Below are positions 25,672-35,589 of a DNA stretch of 35,874 nt, in pieces. This stretch comes from an uncultured Peptococcaceae bacterium (GTDB taxonomy: Bacteria > Bacillota > Peptococcia > Peptococcales > Peptococcaceae), in NCBI GenBank assembly GCA_900553245.1, contig USCP01000001.1, positions 1 to 35,874 on the forward strand, written 5' to 3'. How positions within the stretch are numbered: the first letter of the stretch is position 1; each line of letters opens with the position of its first letter. The notes beneath the pieces were generated by a model, which was not told where the DNA came from, ran no database searches, and was given only the letters and a program-made list of their open reading frames with translations. The position numbers were made by a program, and so were the translations under genes.

Positions 25672-26438
25672 GCCAATTCAACCTCCTCAGACCAGAATAC
25701 CGGACCATCTTGGCAAACCTTTGGATATACCTCTGCATCCGGATTGCCGGATTTACAAGTACAACCCAAACAAACACCAACACCACAGGCCATTTTACCT
25801 TCCAAAGAAAGTTGACATTTGATATGTTTATCGTCAGCAAAGCGCTTAACCGCCGCAAGCGTTGGAGTTGGTCCACACGCATAAATGCGAGCGCAGTCTT
25901 CAATGGCATCAAAATATTGGCTCACGAAGCCCTTTTCACCCAAGCTACCATCCTCAGTGGCGAAAAGAAGCTTCACGTTTTTATTTTTGTAGCACTCAAG
26001 TCCGCGCAATTGGGTTTCGCTACGACCGCCAACGATAAAGGTTAACGCGTTATTCTTAGCTAAAAGTGTATCCGTCAAATATTCGAAAGGCGCCTTGCCA
26101 ATCCCACCGCCAATCATAACGCAGTTTTGATTTTCTACATTCAAATCAAAACCACGCCCTAATGGGCCTAAAAGGCTCACCGTATCACCAATGTTCATCG
26201 TAGCCAAGGCTTCGGTTCCTTCACCAACGACCGCGAACATCAAAGAAAGCACGCCATCCTTACACTGATTGATACTGATGGCACGACGCAAAAATGGGGT
26301 GCCGTTTTTGCTGCATTCTACCATGACGAATTGCCCAGGTACCGCTTCCGCACATAAAGTCGGTGCATCAAATTCAAAGCACCACTCTTTATCGGATAAT
26401 GCTGTTTTCTTAACAATTTTTACATCATGTAACTGCAT
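25668..26438 (-). CDS. pyrK: Dihydroorotate dehydrogenase electron-transfer subunit (FAD / 2Fe-2S)
   Basis: I place the start at the ATG at 26436-26438 (MQLHDVKIV...), 6 nt after GGAGG. The C-terminal Cys cluster is ACGVGVCLGCTCK...C. 256 aa. Confidence 0.9.
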   Translation of the reverse strand: MQLHDVKIVKKTALSDKEWCFEFDAPTLCAEAVPGQFVMVECSKNGTPFLRRAISINQCKDGVLSLMFAVVGEGTEALATMNIGDTVSLLGPLGRGFDLNVENQNCVMIGGGIGKAPFEYLTDTLLAKNNALTFIVGGRSETQLRGLECYKNKNVKLLFATEDGSLGEKGFVSQYFDAIEDCARIYACGPTPTLAAVKRFADDKHIKCQLSLEGKMACGVGVCLGCTCKSGNPDAEVYPKVCQDGPVFWSEEVELA

Positions 26439-26448
26439 GATTGGCCTC

Positions 26449-27732
26449 CTATATAATTTCCCCATCTTTCAGCACAACGCGCCCTTCTCTTAATACCATT
26501 TTAGGCCAGCCGCTTAATTTTTCACCCACATAAGGACAATTTTTTCCTTTACTATAGAAAGTTTGTGGGTCTACTACTTTTTCTACATTAGGATCAAAAA
26601 TCATCACGTCAGCGACTTTGCCGACAGATAAACTTCCTCGATCAATGCGCAAAAGTTCAGCCGGCTTGCAACTCATAATAGATACAATTTCACTTAAGGC
26701 AAAGCGACCGGTTTCAACAAGTTTGGTCCAAATTAACGGAAACGCTACTTCAATCGACGAAATCCCATTGGCAGCACGTTCAAATTCCACATCTTTTTTA
26801 TCTGCGGAATGTGGTGCATGGTCGGTCCCAATGCAAGTGATGGTACCGTCTTTCAAGCCTTCAATCAATGCTTCATTATCTTCTGCAGTACGAAGTGGAG
26901 GCGCAACCTTTGCACTGGTATTGTACCCACGCACTGCTTCTTCGGTCAAAAACAAATGGTGCGGAGTAACTTCACAAGTTACAGGTAAGCCCTTCGCTTG
27001 CGCTTCACGAATAAGTGCTAAACCGGTGCCTGTACTCAAATGAGAAATATGCAAGCGTACACCGGTCATTTTTGCAAGCATGATATCACGCTGAATGATA
27101 ATATCTTCCACTTCACGCGCAATCCCTGCTAAACCCATTTCGGTTGCAAGTGCCCCAGCATTCATCACACCGGACCCCTTCAAATTTGTATCTTCGCAGT
27201 GACTCATAAAAAGAACGTCAAACGGCTTACTATAACTCATTGCCTTACGCAAAATACCGCTATTTTCAACAGTACGGCCGTCTTCGGTAAACGCAATGAC
27301 ACCTGCATCTTTCAAAAAGCCAATTTCAGTGATTTCTTCACCCTTCTCACCTTTGGTGATTGCAGCAGTTTGAAGCACATCCGCATAGCCTAAGCGCTTA
27401 GATTTTTCGGAAATATAGCGCACGGTTGACACATTATCAACGATTGGGTTGGTATTCGGCATTGCCACAACAGAAGTAAAGCCCCCGGCAATAGCTGCTT
27501 TGGTACCGGTTTCGAGGGTTTCAGATTCTTCTTGACCAGGATCACGCAAATGCACATGCGTATCAATGAGGCCCGGCACGACATAGCAACCGGTCAAATC
27601 ATAGATTTCTTCATCCTTTTTTTCAGGAAGATCCGGACCCACTTCACTAATCATCCCATTATCAATTCGAATATCTGTCACTCCGTCGATTGCTTGAGAT
27701 GGGTCGACCAAGTGCCCATTTTTTAATAACAT
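26449..27732 (-). CDS. pyrC: Dihydroorotase
   Basis: 427 aa. It has the metal-binding motif DTHVHLRDPG and the amidohydrolase C-terminal motif GTDHAPH. Confidence 0.93.
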   Translation of the reverse strand: MLLKNGHLVDPSQAIDGVTDIRIDNGMISEVGPDLPEKKDEEIYDLTGCYVVPGLIDTHVHLRDPGQEESETLETGTKAAIAGGFTSVVAMPNTNPIVDNVSTVRYISEKSKRLGYADVLQTAAITKGEKGEEITEIGFLKDAGVIAFTEDGRTVENSGILRKAMSYSKPFDVLFMSHCEDTNLKGSGVMNAGALATEMGLAGIAREVEDIIIQRDIMLAKMTGVRLHISHLSTGTGLALIREAQAKGLPVTCEVTPHHLFLTEEAVRGYNTSAKVAPPLRTAEDNEALIEGLKDGTITCIGTDHAPHSADKKDVEFERAANGISSIEVAFPLIWTKLVETGRFALSEIVSIMSCKPAELLRIDRGSLSVGKVADVMIFDPNVEKVVDPQTFYSKGKNCPYVGEKLSGWPKMVLREGRVVLKDGEII

Positions 27733-27735
27733 AAA

Positions 27736-28653
27736 TTATACCTCCTCAGCCATCAATTTCAGCAAAGCCATGCGCACACACAACCCATTGGTAACTTGTT
27801 CCAATATTTTAGATTGCGGACCATCCGCAACTTCGCCATCAATTTCAATGCCACGGTTAATTGGGCCTGGGTGTAACACAATGCAATCAGGTTTTGCAGT
27901 TGCCAAGCGTTCCTTATTTAAGCAGTAGAAATGGCTATATTCTTCAACAGATGGGAACAAACCGGCCTTTTGACGTTCAAGCTGAATTCTAAGCATCATT
28001 ACAACATCAGCATCCTTGATAGCCTCATCAAAGTCTAAGACAACTTTACAGCCCATATTGTCAATGCCACCCGGCACCAATGTTTTTGGCCCACAAACAG
28101 TGACATCGCAGCCAAATTTGTTTAACAACAAAATATTACTACGTACCACGCGAGAATGAGAAAGATCCCCAACGATAACAACTTTAAGGCCTTCAAGATT
28201 CTTTTTATAATCGGTAATTGTCATAAAGTCCAACAACGCCTGAGTTGGATGTTCATGAATCCCATCCCCGGCATTCAAAACATGTGCATTTACATGCTTT
28301 GTTAACAAATCATGCGCACCACTGTTTGGATGACGCATAACAATCACATCCGGATAATACGCATTGATGGTTTGTGCGGTGTCAATTAAGCTTTCCCCTT
28401 TTTGCACGCTACTGGAAGATGCAGAAATGTTTAATACATTTGCACCTTGATACTTTGCTGCCAATTCAAAGGATGAGCGCGTTCTGGTACTATTTTCATA
28501 GAAGAGATTTACCACAGTAACACCCTTCAATGCTTCTGTTTGTTTCATGTTGCGCACTTGTTCGCGCATGTCGCGTGCAACAGTCAAAATTTCCTGTACA
28601 TCTTCAACACTGAGTTGATTGATACTGATTAAATCTTTATGGCTTAGCCCCAC
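27736..28653 (-). CDS. pyrB: Aspartate carbamoyltransferase catalytic subunit
   Basis: I place the start at the GTG at 28651-28653, 6 nt after GGAGG, giving MGLSHKDLISINQLS.... It has the motifs STRTR, HPTQ and HPGP. 305 aa. Confidence 0.92.
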   Translation of the reverse strand: MGLSHKDLISINQLSVEDVQEILTVARDMREQVRNMKQTEALKGVTVVNLFYENSTRTRSSFELAAKYQGANVLNISASSSSVQKGESLIDTAQTINAYYPDVIVMRHPNSGAHDLLTKHVNAHVLNAGDGIHEHPTQALLDFMTITDYKKNLEGLKVVIVGDLSHSRVVRSNILLLNKFGCDVTVCGPKTLVPGGIDNMGCKVVLDFDEAIKDADVVMMLRIQLERQKAGLFPSVEEYSHFYCLNKERLATAKPDCIVLHPGPINRGIEIDGEVADGPQSKILEQVTNGLCVRMALLKLMAEEV

Positions 28654-28728
28654 GATGATCCTCCTTTTATGGTTAAACAAACGAATTATTATTTCCGTTC
28701 AATTCACATTACATAATTTTCCACGATT

Positions 28729-28757
28729 ATTTTAACATAAAAGCCTATACGGGTAAA
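28729..28757 (-). promoter_or_regulatory. Candidate promoter of the pyr cluster
   Basis: On the minus strand: TTTACC (28752-28757), a 17-nt spacer, then TAAAAT (28729-28734), about 75 nt upstream of the pyrB start. The -35 is weak. It was chosen by eye and other candidates exist. Confidence 0.3.
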
Positions 28758-28870
28758 ACCTTTTATCCTAGCCTAAAATCCATCTATATAATTGAAGCTT
28801 TACATTTTTTCGCTTCCTACTTCAGCTTAGAAGAAAGCAGTATAAAAACCGACAAATCCCCCATTGCCCG

Positions 28871-28899
28871 TTGCACATTATAAGTCTTCACTTTATAAT
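28871..28899 (+). promoter_or_regulatory. Sigma-A promoter of ahcY-dinG
   Basis: TTGCAC (28871-28876), exactly 17 nt of spacer, then TATAAT (28894-28899), about 40 nt upstream of the ahcY ATG. Confidence 0.6.
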
Positions 28900-28939
28900 T
28901 TATTTATTGTCCATTGAACAAAATGAAAGGAGTTTTCTC

Positions 28940-30184
28940 ATGGAAAGCATCATTAAAGATATTAACTTGGCGCCATCCGGTCAACTCAAAATTGACTGGG
29001 TGCGTGCACATATGCCAATTTTAAATGAAATTGAAAAGGAATACCGTAAAACCAAACCCTTCGCCGGTAAAAAAGTAGTCATTTGCTTGCACTTAGAGGC
29101 AAAGACCGCATATATGGCTTTGGTGATTCAGGCTGGCGGAGCTGAAGTTGCTGTTGCAGGCTCTAACCCATTGTCGACTCAAGATGATATTGTAGCCGCA
29201 TTGGTTCAAAACGGCATTACCGCTTTTGCAACCCACGGCGCGAGCCAAGAAGAATATGATATGTATATCCGCAAGCTCGCTGAATTCGAACCGGATCTCT
29301 TTATTGACGACGGTGGCGACTTCACTGCGATGCTTCACAAAGAATACCCTGAACTCGTAAAGAAAATCCAAGGTGGTTGTGAAGAAACCACCACTGGGAT
29401 TATTCGCCTCAAAGCCATGGAGCAAGACAAAGAACTTGAAACCCCAATGATTGCCGTTAACAACGCAATGATGAAACATCTCTTTGACAACCGTTACGGG
29501 ACCGGTCAATCCGTGATGGATGCAGTGATGCACAACACCAACCTCGTCATTTCCAGCAAAACTGTCGTCGTTGTCGGATACGGCTGGTGTGGTAAGGGCG
29601 TGGCTATGCGTGCAAAAGGGATGGGCGCACAAGTCATTGTTACCGAGGTAGACCCAATCAAGGCCATCGAAGCATTGATGGATGGTTTCAGTGTGATGCC
29701 AATCACCGAAGCAGCCACCCAAGGGGATATCTTTATCACTGTAACCGGTAACAAGAACGTTATCGACAAGGATGCCCTTGAAGTAATGAAGGATCAAGCC
29801 ATCATGTGCAATGCCGGTCACTTTGACGTTGAAATCAATAAGGTGGCTTTGGAAGGTCTTGCCACCGATATTAAGCCAGCCCGTAATAACATCATGGCTT
29901 ACACGATGGCTGACGGTCGTACCCTCTACCTCATTGGTGAAGGTCGTCTTGTAAACCTTGCAGCCGGAGACGGGCATCCAGCAGAAATCATGGATTTAAC
30001 CTTTGGTTTGCAAACCCTTTCTCTTCAATACATCAACGAAAATCCCGGTCTCGATGCACACGTTTACGACGTGCCTGAAGTCATTGACAAGCGCGTTGCA
30101 CAAATTAAATTGGCATCCTTAAACATGCGCATTGATTCTTTGACTGCAGATCAGGAAGCCTACCTCAATAGTTGGTCCCTATGA
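28940..30184 (+). CDS. ahcY: Adenosylhomocysteinase
   Basis: I place the start at the ATG at 28940 (MESIIKDINLAPSG...), 8 nt after AAAGGAG. It has CEETTTG and the NAD-binding motif VVVVGYGWCGKG. 414 aa. Confidence 0.93.
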   Translation: MESIIKDINLAPSGQLKIDWVRAHMPILNEIEKEYRKTKPFAGKKVVICLHLEAKTAYMALVIQAGGAEVAVAGSNPLSTQDDIVAALVQNGITAFATHGASQEEYDMYIRKLAEFEPDLFIDDGGDFTAMLHKEYPELVKKIQGGCEETTTGIIRLKAMEQDKELETPMIAVNNAMMKHLFDNRYGTGQSVMDAVMHNTNLVISSKTVVVVGYGWCGKGVAMRAKGMGAQVIVTEVDPIKAIEALMDGFSVMPITEAATQGDIFITVTGNKNVIDKDALEVMKDQAIMCNAGHFDVEINKVALEGLATDIKPARNNIMAYTMADGRTLYLIGEGRLVNLAAGDGHPAEIMDLTFGLQTLSLQYINENPGLDAHVYDVPEVIDKRVAQIKLASLNMRIDSLTADQEAYLNSWSL

Positions 30185-32955
30185 GCAATAAATATCAAAA
30201 CTTCATTGCCCTCGATGTAGAAACCACCGGCCTCAATGAGGATTCAGAAATCATTGAAGTCGGGCTTGTCGTCGTCGAAAACGGAGAAATCGTTCAGGAA
30301 TGGCAACGTTTGGTAAAGCCCAACCACCCGATTCCAAAGGACATCTCCATTATGACCGGCATCACTCCGGCGATGGTCAAGGATGCACCACGCTGGGCAG
30401 ATATCGAGGAGGAATTTCTTTCTATTATTGAAGGAAAACTGCTCTTGGCACACAACATTTCCTTTGATAAGGGACGCATCGAATTTCAACTTGGGCGATC
30501 ACTTGAAAATAGTTGGCTAGATACCCATGATGTGGCAAAGCTTTTTTTACCAACACTCACCAGCTATAAACTCATGTCCATCGCCTTTCATCTACATATT
30601 CCGGATAATGCGCATCATCGTGCTTTAAACGATGCAACCGTTTGCGCCCAAGTCTTCTTAACCTTGATGGAACAAGCATTGGACATCGACCCATTTGTTC
30701 TTGAAGAAATGGCCAATACTTACAGCGGCATCCAAGAATCTATCTTTGAAAGCGGCTATCACCTTGGCGATTTGCTTCATCAGTTGGCGCAAGAAGCTCA
30801 CGCCTCTAATGCCGCGGGTCCCCTTGTATTTGACAATTTCGACTATGATTATACCGAAGAAGAAAGTGCGCCGCTTTTAGATTTTAATCACGCCGGTGAT
30901 TTTTTTGCGCCTAAAGGCCTGCTTTCTCAAAGCAAACCGGATTATCAATACCGTGCTCAACAAACGGAAATGCTAGACTGCATCAAGCAAGCCTTTGTTG
31001 ATAAAAAACATGCGCTTATTGAAGCCGGCACCGGCACCGGTAAATCTTTTGCCTATTTAGTGCCCTCCTTACTTTGGAGTTACGAAACCGACCAACGCGT
31101 TATCATTTCAACGGGTACCATCACCCTCCAAGAACAGCTTTTTCATGTTGACTTACCATTTTTAAATGCAGCATTGGGACACACCTTTACCAGTGCAATT
31201 GCCAAAGGGCGCAACAATTACCTGTGCCTTCGTCGTTTCGACGAATATACAAGAGACGCCTATAAAAGCCCCGAAAGAGAGCGCGTTTTTGCAACCTCTC
31301 TGGTACTGTGGCGCAGCCTTGACCAAAGCGGTGACAAAGAACATCTCAATCTCAATAAAGCAGAAGCGCAATATTGGCAAAACATCGCAAGCAGTCCTGA
31401 TACCTGTCTAGGCAGACGATGCAAATATTTCAATGAATGTTGCTTCTTCAATAATAAGCGCAAATGCGAACAAAGCGATGTGGTCATCACGAACCACGCA
31501 CTGCTCTTCCAAGATTTACGCTTAGGTAACCTTTTGCCGGAGCATGACCATGTAATTATCGATGAAGCGCATCATCTGGAAGATGAAGCCACCCATCAAT
31601 TCACCGATACCATCGACTACGAAGCAGTTCGCAAATTATTATTAAACTTCACGCGTAGCGGCGGTTTCTTAGGTCGTGTCTCGGTTGCTGTCGGCAAAGC
31701 TGAAACCCTCGCAGAAAACAGCACCGAAATCACCGAACGCGCCAATCGTGCGATGATTGATGGCAAACAAGCTTACGAGGTATTCGGTAAATGTGTCAAA
31801 TTTGCCAACGATATTCCTGAACTTGATAATATTGGGGACTTACGCGTCACCGATAAAATCAGAAATGCCCAGTGGTGGCTAACCTTTGAAGAATCCTTAC
31901 GAAAAAGTCATGGCGCACTCTCGACTGCGGTCACTTCTATCAACCGCTTGCTTGTGTCATTAAATGAAGACGAAAACATCGAATCTCTGATTCGAGAAAT
32001 GACACACGCCAGAGACCGCTTAGCAGAGCAACGCGATTGGTTGGAACGTTTTATCGCCGGTACCGATGAAGACTACGTCTATTGGGCCAAAACCCTCAAA
32101 AACTATAACTACGCCAACTTATTCTTAAACGCAGCCTACATCGATATCATGCCGTTGATTCATGAAAAACTTTTCCAAACCAATGATACGGTTGTGCTGA
32201 CCTCAGCCACCTTAGCAGTCGATAATAACCTCGACTATACAGCCGAAAAATTTCTGCTCACGCCGAAAGAATGCATCTCCTACATCACTGAAGCACCGTT
32301 TGATTACAAAAATCAATCTTTGATTGCCATTCCAAATGACCACAAGGATTATTCCAAAACAAACGACTACGAATACACAAAAAATATCATCAACGACCTC
32401 AAAAAACTGATTCCCGCTGTTGACGGCGATATGTTGGTTCTTTTCACCTCTTACGCCATGCTCAATAAAGTACAACAAGCGCTAAAAAACGATCAGTCTC
32501 TTAAAGATTATCGCATCCTTGCCCATGGACAAGACGGCAGCCGTACCAGGTTATTGGAAGCCCTCCAAGATGAAGGTAAAACCGTCCTTCTAGGTGCCAA
32601 CAGTTTTTGGGAAGGCGTTGATGTTAAGGGGGATAAACTCCGCACCGTCGTCATCGCTAAACTCCCATTTACACCACCAACCATGCCTGTAGAAAGCGCA
32701 CGCAACGATTTGCTCAAAAGCCAAGGCAAGAATCCTTTCTCTGCAAACAGCTTACCCCAAGCCATTTTGCGTTTTCGTCAGGGATGCGGCCGTTTAATCC
32801 GTTCCGCCAATGACAGAGGTTGCATCATCATCTTAGATAACCGCGTCATTAGCAAAAACTACGGCGCCAGCTTCCTTAAATCCCTTCCGGAACAACCGGT
32901 ATGGATTGATGGCGTAGACAACCTTGCTGAAAAGCTCAAAAAGTGGCATAAATAA
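30181..32955 (+). CDS. dinG: DinG-family ATP-dependent helicase with an N-terminal DnaQ-like 3'-5' exonuclease domain
   Basis: I chose the ATG at 30181, which overlaps the ahcY TGA as ATGA. It has Exo I ALDVETTGL, Exo III HRALNDA, helicase Walker A AGTGTGKS and the DEAH box IIDEAHHLED. 924 aa, the architecture of Bacillota DinG. Confidence 0.9.
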   Translation: MSNKYQNFIALDVETTGLNEDSEIIEVGLVVVENGEIVQEWQRLVKPNHPIPKDISIMTGITPAMVKDAPRWADIEEEFLSIIEGKLLLAHNISFDKGRIEFQLGRSLENSWLDTHDVAKLFLPTLTSYKLMSIAFHLHIPDNAHHRALNDATVCAQVFLTLMEQALDIDPFVLEEMANTYSGIQESIFESGYHLGDLLHQLAQEAHASNAAGPLVFDNFDYDYTEEESAPLLDFNHAGDFFAPKGLLSQSKPDYQYRAQQTEMLDCIKQAFVDKKHALIEAGTGTGKSFAYLVPSLLWSYETDQRVIISTGTITLQEQLFHVDLPFLNAALGHTFTSAIAKGRNNYLCLRRFDEYTRDAYKSPERERVFATSLVLWRSLDQSGDKEHLNLNKAEAQYWQNIASSPDTCLGRRCKYFNECCFFNNKRKCEQSDVVITNHALLFQDLRLGNLLPEHDHVIIDEAHHLEDEATHQFTDTIDYEAVRKLLLNFTRSGGFLGRVSVAVGKAETLAENSTEITERANRAMIDGKQAYEVFGKCVKFANDIPELDNIGDLRVTDKIRNAQWWLTFEESLRKSHGALSTAVTSINRLLVSLNEDENIESLIREMTHARDRLAEQRDWLERFIAGTDEDYVYWAKTLKNYNYANLFLNAAYIDIMPLIHEKLFQTNDTVVLTSATLAVDNNLDYTAEKFLLTPKECISYITEAPFDYKNQSLIAIPNDHKDYSKTNDYEYTKNIINDLKKLIPAVDGDMLVLFTSYAMLNKVQQALKNDQSLKDYRILAHGQDGSRTRLLEALQDEGKTVLLGANSFWEGVDVKGDKLRTVVIAKLPFTPPTMPVESARNDLLKSQGKNPFSANSLPQAILRFRQGCGRLIRSANDRGCIIILDNRVISKNYGASFLKSLPEQPVWIDGVDNLAEKLKKWHK

Positions 32956-32960
32956 TAAGC

Positions 32961-33008
32961 AAAAACCGCCATACCAACGAACCCATTCGTCGGTATGGCA
33001 GTTTTTTT
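32961..33008. terminator. Bidirectional terminator between dinG (+) and the FtsX-type permease gene (-)
   Basis: A 14-bp stem (32968-32981 pairs with 32986-32999, one mismatch) with a 4-nt loop. It is flanked by an A5 run on the left and a T7 run on the right. Confidence 0.7.
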
Positions 33009-33010
33009 GT

Positions 33011-35587
33011 TTAGTCATACTTTACTATCCCGCTGACAACATCTTGCATCTTCCATTCTTCAAGCAACCGCATTGACAACATAACGCAAATAGCGATTAC
33101 TGTCATGGCTACTATTAAAAATGACGTCACCTGAAAAGAATACGGATGCGAAAACAACGCCATCATCGAACGATGATATAAAAACTTCAATACCGGGGGT
33201 GCGAGTATTGAAGCACAACCACTAGCCAAAAGCCCCAGTGTTAAATTCTCAAAGAAGAGCATTTTCCGAAGCATCTTAACACTTACACCAATCGCACGCA
33301 GCATACAAACCTCTTGACTGCGCATTTTCATGCGATAACGCAAATTTGTGATAATATTAATCACCATGAGAATCAGACAGGCCACTGCAACACTATACAA
33401 ATACACCATGCGTTTTTGAAACAGCTTTTCGTTTTGTTCTATTTCTTCATCAAGACTACGCGTAACAATACCTGAAAATCGACTTCCGATTTCAATCAGC
33501 TGTTTTTCTAAAGCTATCTGCTCGGTCGAATTCTCTTTGGATAATGCATCTATATAGATACATTGAAAAGCACTGCTCGGTGCTATTTGTTCAATCACAG
33601 CATCCTTTGTAATCAGCAACGGATACACCGTGCGATCGCTGTCCAATATATACGGAAACGATACGATGGCCTTTATCTTCATTGTTTTATAGCAATAACT
33701 TGCATTTGTATCCTTTAAGTTCTCATACGTCATTGAATCAGTATGTAAGTCCTCGCGATATTTATAGACGATTTTATCACCCACATGATAATTCATCAAC
33801 GGAACACCGTTTTTAAAATGTCCTGGTGTTCCTTTGTTATTTTTATCAGCCATGCTAAAGACAGATAAAATCACTTCATCATCTTTCAAGGAATCTATAG
33901 TAAAATTCCCTTCTATCACATAATTCTCCAAGGCCCTTAGAGCATTGTCATTGTATCCGCAAAGTTTTGACTTATAGACGTATTCCTTTCCGTCAAAACC
34001 CTCATCACCATAACCATATATTTTTTCAAGATTCCTATTATGTTCTTTGTAATACTCGTCATTACGTAAGATTTTCTTATCATCAATCACGCGAATAGGA
34101 ATAGCTGAACTTGTTTTCACCCCTTCAACACCACTCATCGTAGCGATTTTCTTTGCGGCAGTGCGTGAAACCCCTTCATCTACATTGTCATAATGAAGCA
34201 TCGACATAACATAATTTCCGTTCAAATAATACATTTCCTTCGTATCCGTACGAAAAGTTTCAGCAATCTTCGCCTCATACACCAGACCAACAAAAATCAC
34301 TATACTTAAACTCATGACCAATACCATAAAGAAACTTGTTTTTGCATCAAAAATGATATATTTCCACCCCATACGTAAACAGGTGCTTGTTTTTCCGTTC
34401 GCATATTCAAGCGAAAAATGTCTTCTGTTTTTTGCAGGCTCCCTCCATTGGCCATCTATCATTGATATAATATTTTTTTCAGTCACCTGATAGGCCATCC
34501 CAACAACGATTAGTCCAACACCAAGCGCAAGCAAAATAAGAAATCCTCCTAGCGGTGGCCATGGAACGATTAATGAAATATCAATACATTCATTATACAA
34601 ATAAATGGTATTTTCAAAGTCACCAGCAGCGGTCAGAATTCCATTAGCCAGTAATGCGCCTAGTAATACCCCTATCGGCACGAAACATAAATAGATGCCC
34701 AGCACCTCTAATACAATCATACGCCTGAGTGCGTTTTTGGTTACGCCAACAGCCCTCAACAATCCATAATGCGACAATCTTGATATTGTACCGATACGAT
34801 ACACCCCATAAAACATCACTAAGCCCACAACGAGCATCAGTAAAATTATCTCGATACATAAGCGCTTAAATGCATTTTGTTGTACTTCTGAAGGATTCTC
34901 TACAATCTGTTTCTGATTGATTTCAAGCGCAGACTGCAATTGTGACATCTTTTCATTTTTTGTCACCCCGTTGTCAAATTTCACATACGCCGTATATGAT
35001 TGTTGCGTCGTTGTTGTATCTGACATCGCTGTATAAAGCTCTAATAGTCCTGCCTTCTTATTTCGATATATGTCAGATAATATCCCCGTTACACAAAACC
35101 TCTCAATTTTCCCCGTATCAGGACTTTCCAATTCAAATGCACTGCCAATTTCCGGTACTATTCCTAAGTTTGATAACATCCATTTTTCAGCCACAACCTC
35201 TCCTGGGCGTTCTGGATATCTTCCTTCCACTAGCTTTGATGTCATTGTCATTAAATGATTGTCCCCATGAATAAGAAAAACTGTTTCTTCACCCTTAATA
35301 TACCCATACGATTCTCCTTGCTGAACACTTACATGTGCAACATCAGTATCTTTTTTTAACGCTTCAACCTGCCCCAATGAGAGCCCACCAACGCTATAAT
35401 CAACTGGTGCATATTCCACTTGATTTTGCAACCGCTTTATTTCTTCATTGGTATGCAATAAAACCAACATTACTGTAGCTAGTACTGCTATCAACGTCAT
35501 CACAGCCCCCAACACCAGCAAAGTCTTGTAATTTCCTTTTAGGAAATGTTTTCCCATAGCTGCCGTGTCTTTGTCCCACGCAATCAT
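33011..35587 (-). CDS. Large FtsX/MacB-type ABC transporter permease
   Basis: About 858 aa from the ATG at 35585-35587 (MIAWDKDTAAMGKHFLKGNYKTLLVL...). A GTG six nt upstream is possible. There are two hydrophobic FtsX-like 4-TM blocks separated by large soluble loops. The ATG lies 2 nt after the stop codon of the upstream ATPase gene. Confidence 0.8.
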   Translation of the reverse strand: MIAWDKDTAAMGKHFLKGNYKTLLVLGAVMTLIAVLATVMLVLLHTNEEIKRLQNQVEYAPVDYSVGGLSLGQVEALKKDTDVAHVSVQQGESYGYIKGEETVFLIHGDNHLMTMTSKLVEGRYPERPGEVVAEKWMLSNLGIVPEIGSAFELESPDTGKIERFCVTGILSDIYRNKKAGLLELYTAMSDTTTTQQSYTAYVKFDNGVTKNEKMSQLQSALEINQKQIVENPSEVQQNAFKRLCIEIILLMLVVGLVMFYGVYRIGTISRLSHYGLLRAVGVTKNALRRMIVLEVLGIYLCFVPIGVLLGALLANGILTAAGDFENTIYLYNECIDISLIVPWPPLGGFLILLALGVGLIVVGMAYQVTEKNIISMIDGQWREPAKNRRHFSLEYANGKTSTCLRMGWKYIIFDAKTSFFMVLVMSLSIVIFVGLVYEAKIAETFRTDTKEMYYLNGNYVMSMLHYDNVDEGVSRTAAKKIATMSGVEGVKTSSAIPIRVIDDKKILRNDEYYKEHNRNLEKIYGYGDEGFDGKEYVYKSKLCGYNDNALRALENYVIEGNFTIDSLKDDEVILSVFSMADKNNKGTPGHFKNGVPLMNYHVGDKIVYKYREDLHTDSMTYENLKDTNASYCYKTMKIKAIVSFPYILDSDRTVYPLLITKDAVIEQIAPSSAFQCIYIDALSKENSTEQIALEKQLIEIGSRFSGIVTRSLDEEIEQNEKLFQKRMVYLYSVAVACLILMVINIITNLRYRMKMRSQEVCMLRAIGVSVKMLRKMLFFENLTLGLLASGCASILAPPVLKFLYHRSMMALFSHPYSFQVTSFLIVAMTVIAICVMLSMRLLEEWKMQDVVSGIVKYD

Positions 35588-35589
35588 TG

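Noticed and set aside
28654-28939. A PyrR-type attenuator or other riboswitch in the pyrB leader; an SAH riboswitch before ahcY
   Set aside because: I could find no PyrR binding-loop motif (ARUCCAGAGAGG-like) and no terminator/antiterminator pair on the minus strand. The ahcY leader is only about 40 nt, too short for an SAH aptamer.
29093-29977. A 294-aa minus-strand ORF opposite ahcY
   Set aside because: It is an antisense shadow ORF of adenosylhomocysteinase. The sequence is His/Val/Gly-rich and non-protein-like, with no RBS.
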